Assembly: GCA_964016885.1 (NCBI GenBank)
Contig: OZ024758.1
Span: forward strand, 18,476,001-18,540,000
DNA length: 64,000 nucleotides
From: Eledone cirrhosa
Lineage: Eukaryota
Direction: 5' to 3'
Made by a program: the position numbers and the translations under genes. The notes under the pieces are model-generated. The model saw only the letters and a list, made by a program, of their open reading frames with translations, did no database searches and had not been told where the DNA came from. Below, piece after piece: positions 1 to 13,562 of the stretch (position 1 is its first letter; each line of letters begins with the position of its first letter).

Positions 1-522
1 CGTATGTGCGTGTGTGAGTGTGTGTGTGTGCGCGTGTGCGTGTGCGTGTGTGTTTGTGATTGTGCGCGTGTGTGCGTGTGTGTGTGTGTTTATCTAGATC
101 ACAGCCTGTAATAGAATATCTAACTGCACATTTAACGTAGAATTAATGAAATAATTACATATATATTTTATATAACACTTTTCAGATATTTCCTTTTCCT
201 AAAATTATAAATAATTTACACGATTTTTTAGATTTTTGAATCTGCTTCCGAAAATAGCTAGTCTTATGAAATACCATAGAGTATCGTATTCACAATACAG
301 TGTATATTGAAAAAAGCTTATATGTACAATCTACTTTTATGACATGCTTTCCTTGTGCACCTAATTCCTTAAATATGTAATATTAATTCAGAACGCAGCG
401 TATATTAGAAGATTTTCGATTCATAGAACATGAATATTATTACTATATAACTATTTAATTAGAACCTCGGTGTCAAGAGAAAGAAAAATGAACAATTTTA
501 ATAGCATTACTTCTGTATGTAA

Positions 523-712
523 GGGCGGTGGATTGGCAGTATCGGTAGAGGGTCGGACGCCATGCTTTGCAGCACAGTTACGTCCCTTTACGGACGGAGT
601 TCAAATCCCGCCGAGGTTAACTTTGCCTCTCATCCTTAAGGGGTCGATAAAATAAAGTACCAGTAATACATGGGGTGATGGATAGCCTTGTGACAAATGT
701 AGAAACAATTAT
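523..712 (+). mobile_element. tRNA-derived SINE (family S1), full length with target-site duplication
   Basis: A-box-like tggcagtatcgg, B-box gagttcaaatccc, body ggggtcgataaaataaagtaccag, tail agaaacaatt. Flanking duplication ttctgtatgta at 511-521 and 713-723. Eight further copies in the window. Confidence 0.9.
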
Positions 713-852
713 TTCTGTATGTAGGAAAACATGCAAAACGTTCTCATATTAACGTCCATATGTAAGTACACATCACATACACGCACACGTACTCGCTCAT
801 ACACACACACATACAAACGCCCACCCATACACACATACATACCAGGTATTTA

Positions 853-894
<42 letters not shown>

Positions 895-1007
895 TAAATA
901 TATATAAATATATACATATATAAAAATATATATATATATACATATATAAATATATATATATATTTACGATATTAAATAAATGGAAACTATATTTATAAAA
1001 ACATATT

Positions 1008-1073
1008 TATTTCATTATATATATTTCAGGGATATCATATTAAAAATATGGTTTGCCTTCATCAGACAAACTA
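1008..1073 (-). ncRNA. Type I hammerhead ribozyme motif (family A, inverted copy)
   Basis: Reverse complement of the 1221-1286 motif; reads tttc...tcatcag on the + strand. Confidence 0.7.
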
Positions 1074-1220
1074 CGATATAAACAGTCTTATAAATAGATA
1101 GATTTGACATACCTTACGACTTCAACATCCATTTAAAGTTGATTTGGAATTTGAAGTTGATTTGGAATTTGAAGTTGTAAGGTATGTCAAATCTTTCTAT
1201 TTATAAGACTGTTTATATTG

Positions 1221-1286
1221 TATTTTGTCTGATGAAGGCATACCATATTTTTAATATGATATCCCTGAAATATATATAATGAAATA
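1221..1286 (+). ncRNA. Minimal type I hammerhead ribozyme (family A)
   Basis: Stem I tattttgt/atgaaata (two G-U pairs), CUGAUGA at 1229-1235, long stem II agg...cct, GAA, palindromic stem III atatatat, AUA cleavage triplet ending at 1278. Confidence 0.75.
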
Positions 1287-1413
1287 AATATGTTTTTATA
1301 AATATAGTTTCCATTTATTTAATATCGTAAATATACTCCAAATACTTGTTGAGTGCTTTTATAATCAGTTATAAATATTTACTCGTTGTAACACAACAAT
1401 TTAAATAAAACTT

Positions 1414-1480
<67 letters not shown>

Positions 1481-1950
1481 CAGATTACAATCACATTTCT
1501 GTTTAATGCATTTAATTGCTAGTCGTTTCTTCCAGACATATTTTCTTACTAGTAATTGGATAACACAACATGTTACCCTTGTCCTATCTATAATTATATA
1601 TAGATGATATACAAGTATAATAATAATAATAATAATAATTATTATTATTATTATATATGCTTACATGTTTATAAATATGTTATGTAAATATATATATAGA
1701 TATATATATATATATATATATATTACACTCTCGTGTCCCCTTTATTTACGTGTCCCAACGACTTTTTTTAGCCGTTGCTCGCACCAACCGGAGGTATATG
1801 GTCTTTAAAGCGATGAAATACCAATGATGGTTGGAAGATCACTGATAAAGGATTAACTTTATTTATATATATATATATATACACATATACATATATATAT
1901 ATATATATATACATAGACACATACCCCACACACACACATACACACACATA

Positions 1951-1997
<47 letters not shown>

Positions 1998-2070
1998 GTA
2001 ACGTATATATATATATTTATATATCTATATATATATATATATATATAAATAAATATATATATATATATAT

Positions 2071-2224
2071 GAAGGAGGTGTGTCAAGGAACAAGATTGAC
2101 CATAACGCTACCAGAGTACCCAATTGTTAGGGTAGTAGAGTGGGTAACAGTAGCATGTTTAACCCCGACGGCAGAGTTCAAGCCGTCGAAACAGCTTGAA
2201 ATCTGCATTCGGGGTTAAACATTT

Positions 2225-2229
<5 letters not shown>
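2071..2229 (-). mobile_element. Family C TA-inserted element (diverged copy, inverted end)
   Basis: Matches the 19623 and 31012 copies (agggtagtagagtgggtaa, accccgacggc). Short fold-back at 2154-2223. TA flanks. Confidence 0.75.
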
Positions 2230-2264
<35 letters not shown>

Positions 2265-2269
<5 letters not shown>

Positions 2270-2668
2270 AATTCTATTTAAAATTGTTGGGATACAACAA
2301 GTAAATATTTTTATAACTGATATAAAGCACTCGACAAGTATTTGGAGTAGATATACGATATTAATAAATGGAAACTATATTTATAAAACCATATGTAATT
2401 CATTATACATATTTCAGGGATACCAAATTAAATTATGGTATGCCTTCATCAGACAAAATACAATATATAACAGTTTTACAAATACTATCCGGATGGCTTC
2501 CAAAAAGAAAGGTTGCATTTTAAAAGGGTACGTCAAAGCTTATTGGTAAAACTGTTATATATTGTATTTTGTCTGATGAAGGCATACCATAATTTAATTT
2601 GGTATCCCTGAAATATGTATAATGAAATAAATATGGTTTTATAAATATAGTTTCCATTTATTAATATC

Positions 2669-2670
<2 letters not shown>
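2265..2670 (-). mobile_element. Family A asymmetric inverted pair with two HHR motifs
   Basis: Long arm on the minus strand (2265-2480), short arm on plus (2545-2670). HHRs at ~2398-2460 (-) and 2565-2629 (+; CUGAUGA 2573-2579, GAAA 2610-2613). TA flanks. Confidence 0.8.
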
Positions 2671-2716
<46 letters not shown>

Positions 2717-2718
2717 CT

Positions 2719-2853
2719 TATTCCGTGTTGGATCTGAGGTAACCAGAGTAAGTAGGGCACTTAATACATAGCAGAGTATACATGTTTTAATATAGAAGAG
2801 CTTCTACATGTCTAGCACTGTTTCATTGCGATTCTTTGCTTAAACTTTAATCT
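2719..2853 (-). mobile_element. Family D 3' end (minus) fused to a family F fragment (plus)
   Basis: 2719-2828 matches 54716-54828. 2829-2853 (gcgattctttgcttaaactttaatctg) matches 3935-3961 and 18135-18161. Confidence 0.7.
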
Positions 2854-2899
2854 GTGATAATAAATATGTGCTCTATGGTTATTTGTTACTGTTACTGCC

Positions 2900-3053
2900 A
2901 CCACTACTACTACTGTATCGCTGTTACAATTACTATTACAGCCACTATTACTACCACATTTACTACTACTGCTACTACTAGTATTACTATTACTACTACT
3001 ACTGCTACTACTACTACTACTACTACTGCTGCTGTTACTACTAGTGCTGCTGT

Positions 3054-3104
<51 letters not shown>

Positions 3105-3105
3105 A

Positions 3106-3143
<38 letters not shown>
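2900..3143. repeat. (ACT)n trinucleotide microsatellite
   Basis: Visible directly; it explains the poly-Thr and poly-Ser ORFs. Confidence 0.95.
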
Positions 3144-3145
<2 letters not shown>

Positions 3146-3499
3146 GAATAGTGAAGAGATATTCGACTTAATTTGGAACACCTTGTCAATGTTTAAATAC
3201 GCAGTAAAAAATCCGAAAAATGTGAGTTGGTTTTAATAGCCGTGAATATGAAAAGCCCAAACTAACTAAAACTCGTCTTTGAATTCCGCACCTGGAATCT
3301 ACGAATTTCCCACTCTTTGATGTTAAAACGACGATATACATGAACTATTGGCGTCTCCGATATCCAGGCGAATGCAATTAAGAAATATGCTAAGGAAAAA
3401 GAAATTACTTTACAGTTAGTAGTACATGGTGGAAATCTATATTGTTTAGGCTTTATATTCCTCTAACGACGATTGCTGATTTCTTTTAAGAAACACAAA

Positions 3500-3579
<80 letters not shown>

Positions 3580-3582
<3 letters not shown>

Positions 3583-3787
3583 CGTTTCTGAATTTGTTTA
3601 GCAAGATTCTTTATCTGAAAACGTGTGTTGAAACCGATATTGTTATACTTTAGGAGGGTCATGTTGCCAATAAGAAACACACGCACCAGATGCTTTCACT
3701 TCAATGTATTATAATAAATTGAAGTGAAAGCAACTGGTGCTTGTGTTTCTTATTGGCAACATGACCCTCCCAAAGTATAACAATATA
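3580..3787 (-). mobile_element. Family B: asymmetric palindrome of the PLE 3' end
   Basis: Both arms match 27205-27336, the 3' end of the PLE fragment. Centre ~3710. The short arm stops at aagtataacaatat. TA flanks. Confidence 0.85.
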
Positions 3788-3801
3788 TATATATATAATA
3801 A

Positions 3802-3855
<54 letters not shown>

Positions 3856-3863
3856 ATATATAG

Positions 3864-3969
3864 TAATAATAATAAATTTGAAGACTAAAATCCAAAGAGG
3901 GCTCGATAAGAAGATCCCGTTAAGGGTGAAAGCAGCGATTCTTTGCTTAAACTTTAATCTGTTATTTTA

Positions 3970-3975
<6 letters not shown>
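3864..3975 (+). mobile_element. Family F short TA-flanked element with partial HHR-like motif
   Basis: Related pieces at 7883-7930 (-), 18105-18170 (+) and 2829-2853. Contains gaaga-tccc-gttaa-gggt-gaaa. Confidence 0.6.
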
Positions 3976-4030
<55 letters not shown>

Positions 4031-4033
<3 letters not shown>

Positions 4034-4167
4034 ATGAAATCGAAAATGCAACTGGAGTCTTATTTAAAAAATATATATATATATATTTATTTGGTTCCTT
4101 TACCGGTATCGCAGTTCTTCTGCTTTTCAAAAGTAGAGTTGAGATGGAGGGTCTGTGGTTTTCCTCA
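4031..4167 (-). mobile_element. Family G single arm (HHR GAAA mutated to GAUA)
   Basis: Near-identical to 17295-17430 and 58095-58229. Confidence 0.8.
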
Positions 4168-4993
4168 CACACATATATATATATATATATACACACTCAC
4201 ACACACACACACATACATACACATATATATATATATGTGTGTGTGTGTTGTGTGTGTATATATATATTATATATATATATATAAATATAAATACATATAT
4301 ATATAAACACACACACACACACACATATATATTTATATATATATATATATATATAAATTCCTAGAATTAACAATTAACTGATTAATTTAATTAAACAATT
4401 CTATTGATTGATTAATTGTTTATGTTTGTTTCATAACTTCTGGTTGAGTGCTTAATTCGGTTTGTCTAAGGGAATTTCATTCCTTTGTCTCAAATTTCGA
4501 ATTCACCGCCAAAACGGGGGTTACCTCCCTAGGAGAAAACCACGTGTCTATAGCCTAATTTACTGCTAAAACACACCCGCTGAGGCTAAAGAACGCAAGA
4601 CTTGTTGAAGAAATAAATCCTTTGCTCTGTCGTCAAAGGCCACAAACTTGCAGACCCCTGCAAGCGGAATTGGTCGATCTCGGATTTACAGACACCTAGC
4701 GTGTATGTTGTGTGTTGTATGTGATGTATATCGTATGCTATACGATATGCATTATATATTGCATTCGGTCTCCGCGCAATTGTCCAGGTCAGTCTAAAAT
4801 ATTTTCCCGAATCCAAACATTTTCGTTGGCAATGCGGCTGGTCTGGCGATCGCTATATTTGATTTGCAAAGCTGTCTAAACGTATTGTTATTACTCTGGG
4901 GTATTATTCTCTATCGAGTGGTAAAGCTATATTTCGAATTTGCATTCGTTAGCTTAGCCGCAGCCTAAAACTTTGTTAATGCTCTACTAAAAT

Positions 4994-5065
<72 letters not shown>

Positions 5066-5489
5066 CTGATTATATTAATATATTAATGATATTGTAGATG
5101 TTGTTAGTCATTAGGTTGAGGTGGTTGCTTACGATATGATAATGAATTAAATAACCTGGATTTGTACCAATGTTGCACATATTAAATATAGTAATTGTTG
5201 GGAAATGTTCTTCTCTTCAAACTTAGTGTAAAAGAATGTACAAATGTACAAATCCAGCAAATGTAGCAGGCCGAAGTAGGGAGAAAGTATTTGACAAGTA
5301 CGAATACATTTCAAAAACGAGAAAATTCATATGATCACTGCAATATATATTTTGTGCATTTCTGGAAACCTTCATTTAAATTATGAGATATGTTTTTATT
5401 TTTACAGCTTTTCAGCCCTCGTGCTGAATATATACTAAGACGCAAGATTATTCTGTAACATAGACATCATTCCAATTTTTCGTAGGTAC

Positions 5490-6082
5490 AGATTTCAAAA
5501 CAGTAGACAACTTAAATATCTTGGTGCATGGATACACAGCATAGCAAGGACTTTGAAGTTAGAAAAGCATTACCATGGTCGGCATGCCACAAGCTACTGA
5601 ATATGTAGAAGTCCGACCTAAATCACAAGATCAAGGAGCGCCTCTTCCTAGCAACTGTTGAATCTGTCCTACTTTACGGCAGTGAAACGTGGACTATTGA
5701 CAAAGTGCTATGCAACAGACTTGAAGGATGTTACAAGAGGTTGTTTGAGAATGGCTCTCAACATTTCTTGGAAACAGAAGATGACAAATAAGGAACTATA
5801 CATATCACTGCCACCAGTCTCAAAAAGAGTTGCCTGCCGACGAATGAAACTGGCTGGGGATTGCATCAGTCATCGAGAAGAGACAGCATCTCAACTTGTG
5901 CTCTGGAAACCGGCGGTCGGACGTAGAAGCTTGGGAAGACAGGCCGGCTCATTCATTCATACCCTGATGAAACATGCCAACATTGATAACATCGATAAAT
6001 TGAGAAATGCCATGCTCGGCCTGGGCGATTGGAAAAAGAGTGCTGAATCTTTGCGAGTGCAAATTCGACCGAAGAAGAAGAT
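5490..6082 (+). mobile_element. Degenerate 3' fragment of an RTE-like non-LTR retrotransposon
   Basis: Frameshifted motifs KYLGAWI, VESVLLYGSETWT, LRMALNISWKQKMTNKELY, RRMKLAG, LVLWKP..GRRSLGR. Ends in a (gaa)n tail. Confidence 0.85.
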
Positions 6083-6665
6083 TTATTTGTCATTATTGAC
6101 AGAAAAGACCAGATATTACAGTCAGTTGATATATTGCATGAATATTCTGACTTAAATACCATCTGAGTGTTTACCTCTCTTGCGACTAAGCCATTTCATT
6201 AGATCGCTTCATAAAGATTATGATCAATAATTTATTGCATTTCTATGAAAGTTATTAACACGATTTGCAACTATAAGGAAAAGAGACGATCATTTGGTTT
6301 ATAAAAATGCTTTTTTTTTCTTTCGCTGGTATCTGATTGTATATTCCGATTCCAGATCCTGACAGCAGTAGGAATAGTAAATAAAATGGTTTCCTCAGGG
6401 ACTAGAGACCCCTACCAATTTGGAATAAAACGCTTGACCTTATGGACTTAACTGGTGTCCATGAAGTTAATCATTATATCATGGTTCTGTACGTTATCCA
6501 CTAAGAACCAGAGAATAATATATGTACTCGTAATAAGTCAATAATGCAACAATAAAATATATCTGTACATAAAACCCTTGAATAGAAAATATTCACCTGC
6601 CTGATAATGGTGCGGAATGTACATAAAACTATATTTTCTACACCCACACATATATGTGTGAATGC

Positions 6666-6669
<4 letters not shown>

Positions 6670-6716
<47 letters not shown>

Positions 6717-6843
6717 AATATATATACATATATATATATACAAATATATATACATATATATACAAATATATATACATATATACATATATATAAAAATATA
6801 TATACATATATATATATACAAATATATATACATATATATACAC

Positions 6844-6874
<31 letters not shown>

Positions 6875-6877
6875 CAA

Positions 6878-6928
<51 letters not shown>

Positions 6929-7080
6929 TATACATATGTATATATATATATACATATATATACATATATATATACATATATATATATAATATACATATAT
7001 ATACATATATCTTTTATATATATAATAAATGATTAAATATTTGTGTTTAAATAAATAATTTAATATATATATATATATAA
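6670..7080. repeat. Interrupted (TA)n microsatellite
   Basis: Visible directly. Confidence 0.95.
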
Positions 7081-7640
7081 AGAGAGAGATAAGGAGGAGG
7101 GGGAGAGAAAACATAGAGAGAAAGGGAGAGAGAGTGAGAGGTTTGAATTAATAACTTTTAACACATTTTTAGTACATAAAATTGTCAAATCATAACATGG
7201 CCTATAAACGTCCATAATTGAAAAGAAAATAAGCAAAATTGTGCGTGGTAATCAAACCCATACGTCTTATTTTCGCGGTATGTGCCTTCACCAAATATAT
7301 CAAATTACCTAGCCTTTTGCCCCCGTTAAACGTAGAACTTATACTTTTATAGCGATATATATGTAAATATCAGGTGTTTAGAGGGAAACCGGTCCTGTCA
7401 GAAGCAACCATCTTCAACTGATCCGGCTGCATCCGCAAGCATGACTAGCCACGTCCATGAATGATATCCAATCCTCTTGCACGGAGTCTAGACCTGGGTA
7501 TCGTAGCTGTTGGTTTCGCCCACGTCGGACTCCATCGAGAGTTGGCAGTGTCATTAAATATACATACACACACACCTATATATACATACACACGCATAGA
7601 CACATATATATATATATATACATACACAGACACACATACG

Positions 7641-7686
<46 letters not shown>

Positions 7687-7818
7687 CACATACACACACA
7701 TATATATATATACATACACATATATACATACACATACACACACATATATATATATACATACACACATACACATGTATATATATACGGGCACACACGTACA
7801 CAGAGACGCAAACATATA

Positions 7819-7860
<42 letters not shown>

Positions 7861-8019
7861 CACATATATTTGATATATATTTATCCTTATCGAGCCCTCT
7901 TCGGATTTTAGTCTCAAATTTATTATTACTATATATACATATACATGTATGTATGTGTTTGTGTATGACTGTGTGTGCGTTTGTGTGTTTATGTAACTGT
8001 GTAACAGCAAAGGCATATG

Positions 8020-8067
<48 letters not shown>

Positions 8068-8074
<7 letters not shown>

Positions 8075-8758
8075 ATATTTGGGGAGGGTCATATTTGCGT
8101 AATATTGCCAGAATTAATAACAGAACACACTCACTGTTTGGTTGGTTTTCGCTTCTCGCTGTCTTTTATATATATATATCTGCGATCTAACTTACTCGGT
8201 CCTCAATGTTGCCATTGACTGACCGGCGGTCAAAAATAATACAGATACAATATATACAAACACATATATATATAGTTTACATAATTTACATAAATCTTTC
8301 GTTGCACATCTGCAACATCGTCAGTGGTGTTATATTCATTGTTCCTCCTGTTGTGTTGTATGTCTACGCCATTTTTTTTTTTTTTAACAAAAAAAAAAAT
8401 GGCGTAGACATTCAACACAACAGGAGGAACAATGAATATAACACCACTGACGATGTTGCAGATGTGCAACGAAAGATTTATGTAAATTATGTAAACTATA
8501 TATATATGTGTTTGTCTATATTGTATCTGTATTATTTTTGACCGCCGGTCAGTCAATGGCAACATTGAGGACCGAGTAAGTTAGATCGCAGATATATATA
8601 TATAAAAGACAGCGAGAAGCGAAAACCAACCAAACAGTGAGTGTGTTCTGTTATTAATTCTGGCAATATTACGCAAATATGACCCTCCCCAAATATAACA
8701 ATATCTGTTTCGACACACGATTTCATATAAAAAACCTCGCAAAACTAATTCATCGCCG

Positions 8759-8760
<2 letters not shown>
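8068..8760 (+). mobile_element. Family B-related ~690-bp near-perfect palindrome (inverted PLE termini)
   Basis: Arms 8068-8385 and 8387-8705 are almost perfect reverse complements. The right arm extends ~55 bp. Its end resembles 27255-27336. HHR-like motif at 8445-8482 (CUGACGA, gttgca/tgcaac, GAAA) has a weak stem I. Confidence 0.8.
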
Positions 8761-8818
<58 letters not shown>

Positions 8819-9151
8819 TAGTCACCATCTCTTTCCGTCGTTTCATACTTCTGTTTCGTATTTTATTTGTCGTTAATAGCTTTTAGTTATTATTTGTATT
8901 CAATTTAATACCTATATTGATTTTTGATTTATCGGAAATTTATATAAAATAGCTTTTAAATGTTAGTGAGATTTGCGTTTTCATTGCTCTAGCATTGTAC
9001 ATTTACTACTCTCTGAATATTATCTTATTTTATATGAATAAACGTTTTAAAAGATTTATTCTATATTATTAATATTTTAGTATATATTTATTTCAGTTGC
9101 CATGTATAAGTTCTATTGAATGTTATTTTCGTGTTTGGAGGCACATTGAAT

Positions 9152-9215
<64 letters not shown>

Positions 9216-10373
9216 AAGTATTCCAATATGAAAGAAAATGTGTTAATTATTTGGTGAATGAAGTGAATGAGTTGCTACTGCACTGCACATGATTGTCTTC
9301 GAAACTACATGTTCTTAATTTAAGCGTGGAATCCCATAACGAACGACATTTTATATTCCCAATATCAATGACATGCTCAACGGTATAGATTTTCAAATAA
9401 TTAGTCCAGCTAAAAGAAACGTGCATTTTATCGAAGCTCATGGTGGTACACATCAAAGAAGAAAAATAGGAATCAAAACATTGATAACATATCGATTCAG
9501 ATTAGATCAAATATGCATAAATCCATTCCTGTGAGGATTACTAAAGTGTATACGGGACCAATTGCTCTCGGTGTCATATAGTTCAAAGTGTTGAACATGT
9601 TTGTGTTAGACTCTTAACATTTTTATCAGGTGCTATACATATTTGATTTTTTTTTTAACTTGTAAGCTGCGTCGACATTTCGAAGAGGGTAAATATGATC
9701 TCTTTAAATATAAGGCATTTTATCTAAAACTACGAGAAGTTATGCAAGCGCAATAATGTTTGTACAATGGAAATTATGAAAAGAAAATAACTAGAAATCT
9801 CAATTATTCAAAGTGACATAAGAAATAATAAAATTGTATTAAGTTGCTCAGAAATACAATAGAAATTCCATAAAATCGAAAATAAATACTTCCAGTTTAC
9901 CTTCCGAAGAAAATCGTCTGTTTCACTATTATATAGTTGTAAAACGGCAAAGTTTCTTTAACCTACATATATCGTGCCGAGTAGAAATAATAGAGCAAGC
10001 TTTGTATGTTCTAGAAGCAATTAAATTTTCGTGATCCAGAAACATCAAATTCTGATAGTGATAAAAAAAGGCAAGACATAATTGGATATACAGTTCTCGT
10101 TCACAAAATCGATAGGAAATATAAAGATATTGCACTTTTAAGCGTTTTATTGCGTAATTCATATTTAGTATTAAACAATATTACACAAAAGGCCATCTAT
10201 TTTTATGTACACTCTGCCACACACACACACACATAATATATATACACAAACACATATATATATTCACAGACAGATGTATATATATATATATATATACACA
10301 CACATATACGTACATATATATATATAAATATATACACACACACATATATATACACACACACATGTATATATAC

Positions 10374-10420
<47 letters not shown>

Positions 10421-10489
10421 TATACGTACATATATAGATATAAATATATACACACACACATATATATGCACACACACATGTATATATAC

Positions 10490-10531
<42 letters not shown>

Positions 10532-11082
10532 GTTATATATATATATGTAAATGTTTGCATATAAACATATTCACCTCGAGCAATCGCCCACGTATTGGGA
10601 GATAATTCGTACAGTTTAAGATTTATACTATCCCCAACAGTATTGCCAGAATTACCAGCCTTGTGCAATATCTGGACATTCTTCTGAAGATAATCGCTGA
10701 AGGTATCTTTTATTTGAAATAACAGAGATAAATGTCTAAACGTTGAATAAACCTTACAAGGTTTTGCTACAAATAGTATGCCTGCCCAGAACATCACTAG
10801 TAAGAACGGCAGCTTCAACATGAATGACACAAGTGAATAATCGAGTAAAAAAGCAAGTAGTAATTTCTCTTGGAGTTACGAATTCAATAACGGACTACGA
10901 AATCAATTGTTCTTATAAATGGTTTAATTGTTATGAAGTGGAAAAAGATCTCTATCCTGGTTATATAAATATATTGAGGATATACTTAAACAATTTCACT
11001 TAGAGCTAAATTATTTCACGCACAAAATATTGCGCAAACCAGCGTCGTTTACAGAACTTAACATACATATGATTCAAAACAA

Positions 11083-11215
11083 TAATTGTTTCAACTTTTT
11101 GGCACAAGGCCAGCAATTATTCCAGTGTATTAACCTCGGCGGGATTTGAACTCAGTCCGTAAAGGGACGTAACTGTGCTACAAAGCATGGCGTCCGACCC
11201 TCTACCGATACTGGA
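11083..11215 (-). mobile_element. SINE S1 copy, internally deleted
   Basis: Reverse-complement match to the head and tail of 523-712. Confidence 0.85.
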
Positions 11216-12269
11216 GCATTCTTCTACATAAGATAAACAATTGATTAACACGCGTCGCAACAAACTGTTCTGTATTATCAGTGTCTCATAACCAGTCCGA
11301 CCAGCAAATGCAAACAACAGACAAACTGTCTCTCGAGACAGGTAAACCCTTAGTGATACTTTTTGAGCAACTCGAATAGCTGCATAATATCGAAAGTCCG
11401 AAATAGTTTAGAAGTTCTTTTTCTTTCTGCTTATGGAGAATGTTAATATATATACACTGAATTTACACCTATCGCTAGCTTGTTTAGGGAAACGCATTAA
11501 ATATCCAGAATGTTGCAAAGCGTTGATTTGCTAGGTGACTGTTAATTGACGGTAAAACCTACCGAGCACTCTTCTTTTTATTGTAGCATGTCAGATTTGT
11601 TGAATGGGAATATTTTTTTATGTATTCTGTATTTATTTATGGTGAATGTACGTGCAGATGTTTTTTTAAATAATATCTTAAAGAAAGGTAGTCAGCTATC
11701 TTACAAATTATCTTTTGTTATTTCACTGCACAATATTACGAGATATGGGAATGGGGAATGCATACTTAGTGAAATATTAACTTTGCTCCATATGTCATAC
11801 ACACGATATATATGAGATAAGCATGCAGGAAGCTCTTATAAAAATTCATTCGGATAAACCCGCAGCAATTGTTGGAAAATATCAAATTTCCTAAGTGCTG
11901 TAATTTCACTCCTATCTTCAGAAATTCGGTTGCTGCATTATATAACACTTTTCATCACCAGATTATCGTGAATTGCAACGTACCTCAACCAACTGCAATT
12001 ACCAAATATGTCTCTTAAACGAGATATTCACACTGTGTCCCTGTAACTTGACTACACGGGCATTCGGTATCATCCATAATAGAAAAAGGTAGAATCCCAT
12101 CTAAGATATGTGCTCATAAATGCACAAAGTCAAACATTAAAACCTATCATTCAAGAAGCTGTGCAATACAGACATATCTTAAATGTTAAGCATAAGATCC
12201 TACATCAGTTATCTATTTCTAATAACCGACATAAATCACATAATTACAGATCGTATTGTGTTGACAAAA

Positions 12270-12355
12270 GTTGACCATGGCTGAATTTGAACTCAGAGAC
12301 CGGAAATTTGAAAAAGCATTTTATCCGACATTTTAGCAACTAGGCATTCGCCACT
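12270..12355 (-). mobile_element. Old SINE S1 5' fragment
   Basis: gaatttgaactcag (B-box on minus) and a degenerate head. Confidence 0.55.
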
Positions 12356-13063
12356 TTTGTATTTTACATTAGAACAATAATAGTGATAAATATAAAGCCA
12401 GTTGTCAAATAGTAAATAAAAGAAAAAGAGAGGTTATATGTCTTAATCCGTATGGTGAGCAAATTGGGCCCCACGTGCACAATGTGGTTTATTTTCAAAA
12501 TTATTCATGATTTATCAAACTGAAGAATTATTATCAAATGCTTGAAATCTATAAATATGTTCTGTTTAATCCTCATTCATAGGTATTTTACGATTTTATG
12601 TATGTTTTAACGCGCATTGCACTCATTCAATGTTTTCCTTTGGAATAGTAAGATTCTGATATTTTTAAGTAATTCAGCGTTTTGTTTGAAAAGGTATTTC
12701 ATTTCTTTCATGGTTTATGTTGTTTGTTATTTTTTCTTCTTATTTTCTCATTCATGATAAGATATTTAAATGAGGATGTCACGCATTCGTCGTATGCTAA
12801 AGTGAACCACTAAACACATTACTGTTGAAGGAAAAAACGCGAAAAATAAAGACGTTTAAAGGCAATGAAGTGTGAATGTGATATCAATTAAAATTATATA
12901 TTTTATACCCACAATTCAATGGATATGTGTTTATCGCTATAACATTAAATAAGCAGTATTTAGGAATGAAATAATGTGTAAAAATTATAGCTATAGATGA
13001 ACCATTTATAACTGTAGTAGAAATAGTGGTAAAAAAGCATCAATATTTTACGTACAGGAAGAA

Positions 13064-13352
13064 GGGCGGAGAATTAGCAGTATCGGTAGAGAGTCGGACA
13101 TGCTTTCCAGCATAGTTCCTTTGCGATCTCAGTTCAAATGCTGCCGAGGTTAACTTTGCCTTTCATCCTTACGTCGTCGATAAAATAAAGTACCAGTAAT
13201 TTACTGTGTAATTGCATAGTTACTTCCCTTTACGATCTGAGTTTAAATACCACCGAGATTATCTTTGCTTTTCATCCTTACGGGGTCGATAAAATAAAGT
13301 ACTAGTAATGTACTGGGTAATTGCAGGCCTTGTATCAAATGTAGAAACAATA
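13064..13352 (+). mobile_element. SINE S1 with internal tandem duplication of ~100 bp
   Basis: The B-box-to-body segment occurs twice (~13110-13215 and ~13216-13325). Confidence 0.85.
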
Positions 13353-13454
13353 GTTTATGTAAAGAAATAAATTGAAGAGATAGGCATTAACGTTTACATA
13401 TTTCATTTTGCTCCGCCACTGCGTTCGTTTCAACGTCGGTTACATTATGTTAAA

Positions 13455-13562
13455 TAATTGTTTCTACTTTAGGCACAAGGCCAGTAATTAACCAGTGCAT
13501 TACTGGTACTTTATTTTATCGACCCCGTAAGGATGAAAGGCAAAGTCAACCTCGGCGGGATG
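13455..13562 (-). mobile_element. SINE S1 3' half
   Basis: ctggtactttattttatcgacccc...ggcaaagtcaacctcggcggga. Confidence 0.85.

Larger units (their letters stand above)
961..1416 (+). mobile_element. Non-autonomous PLE-like element, family A, asymmetric inverted pair in (TA)n
   Basis: Inverted arms ~961-1125 and ~1169-1333. The right arm continues ~85 bp further. (TA)n on both sides and an HHR motif in each arm. Confidence 0.8.

Noticed and set aside
2812-3189. Ser-rich or Thr-rich mucin-like ORFs
   Set aside because: They come from the (ACT)n microsatellite.
5963-5975. ctgatgaaac as a hammerhead
   Set aside because: A chance match inside LINE coding sequence with no stems.
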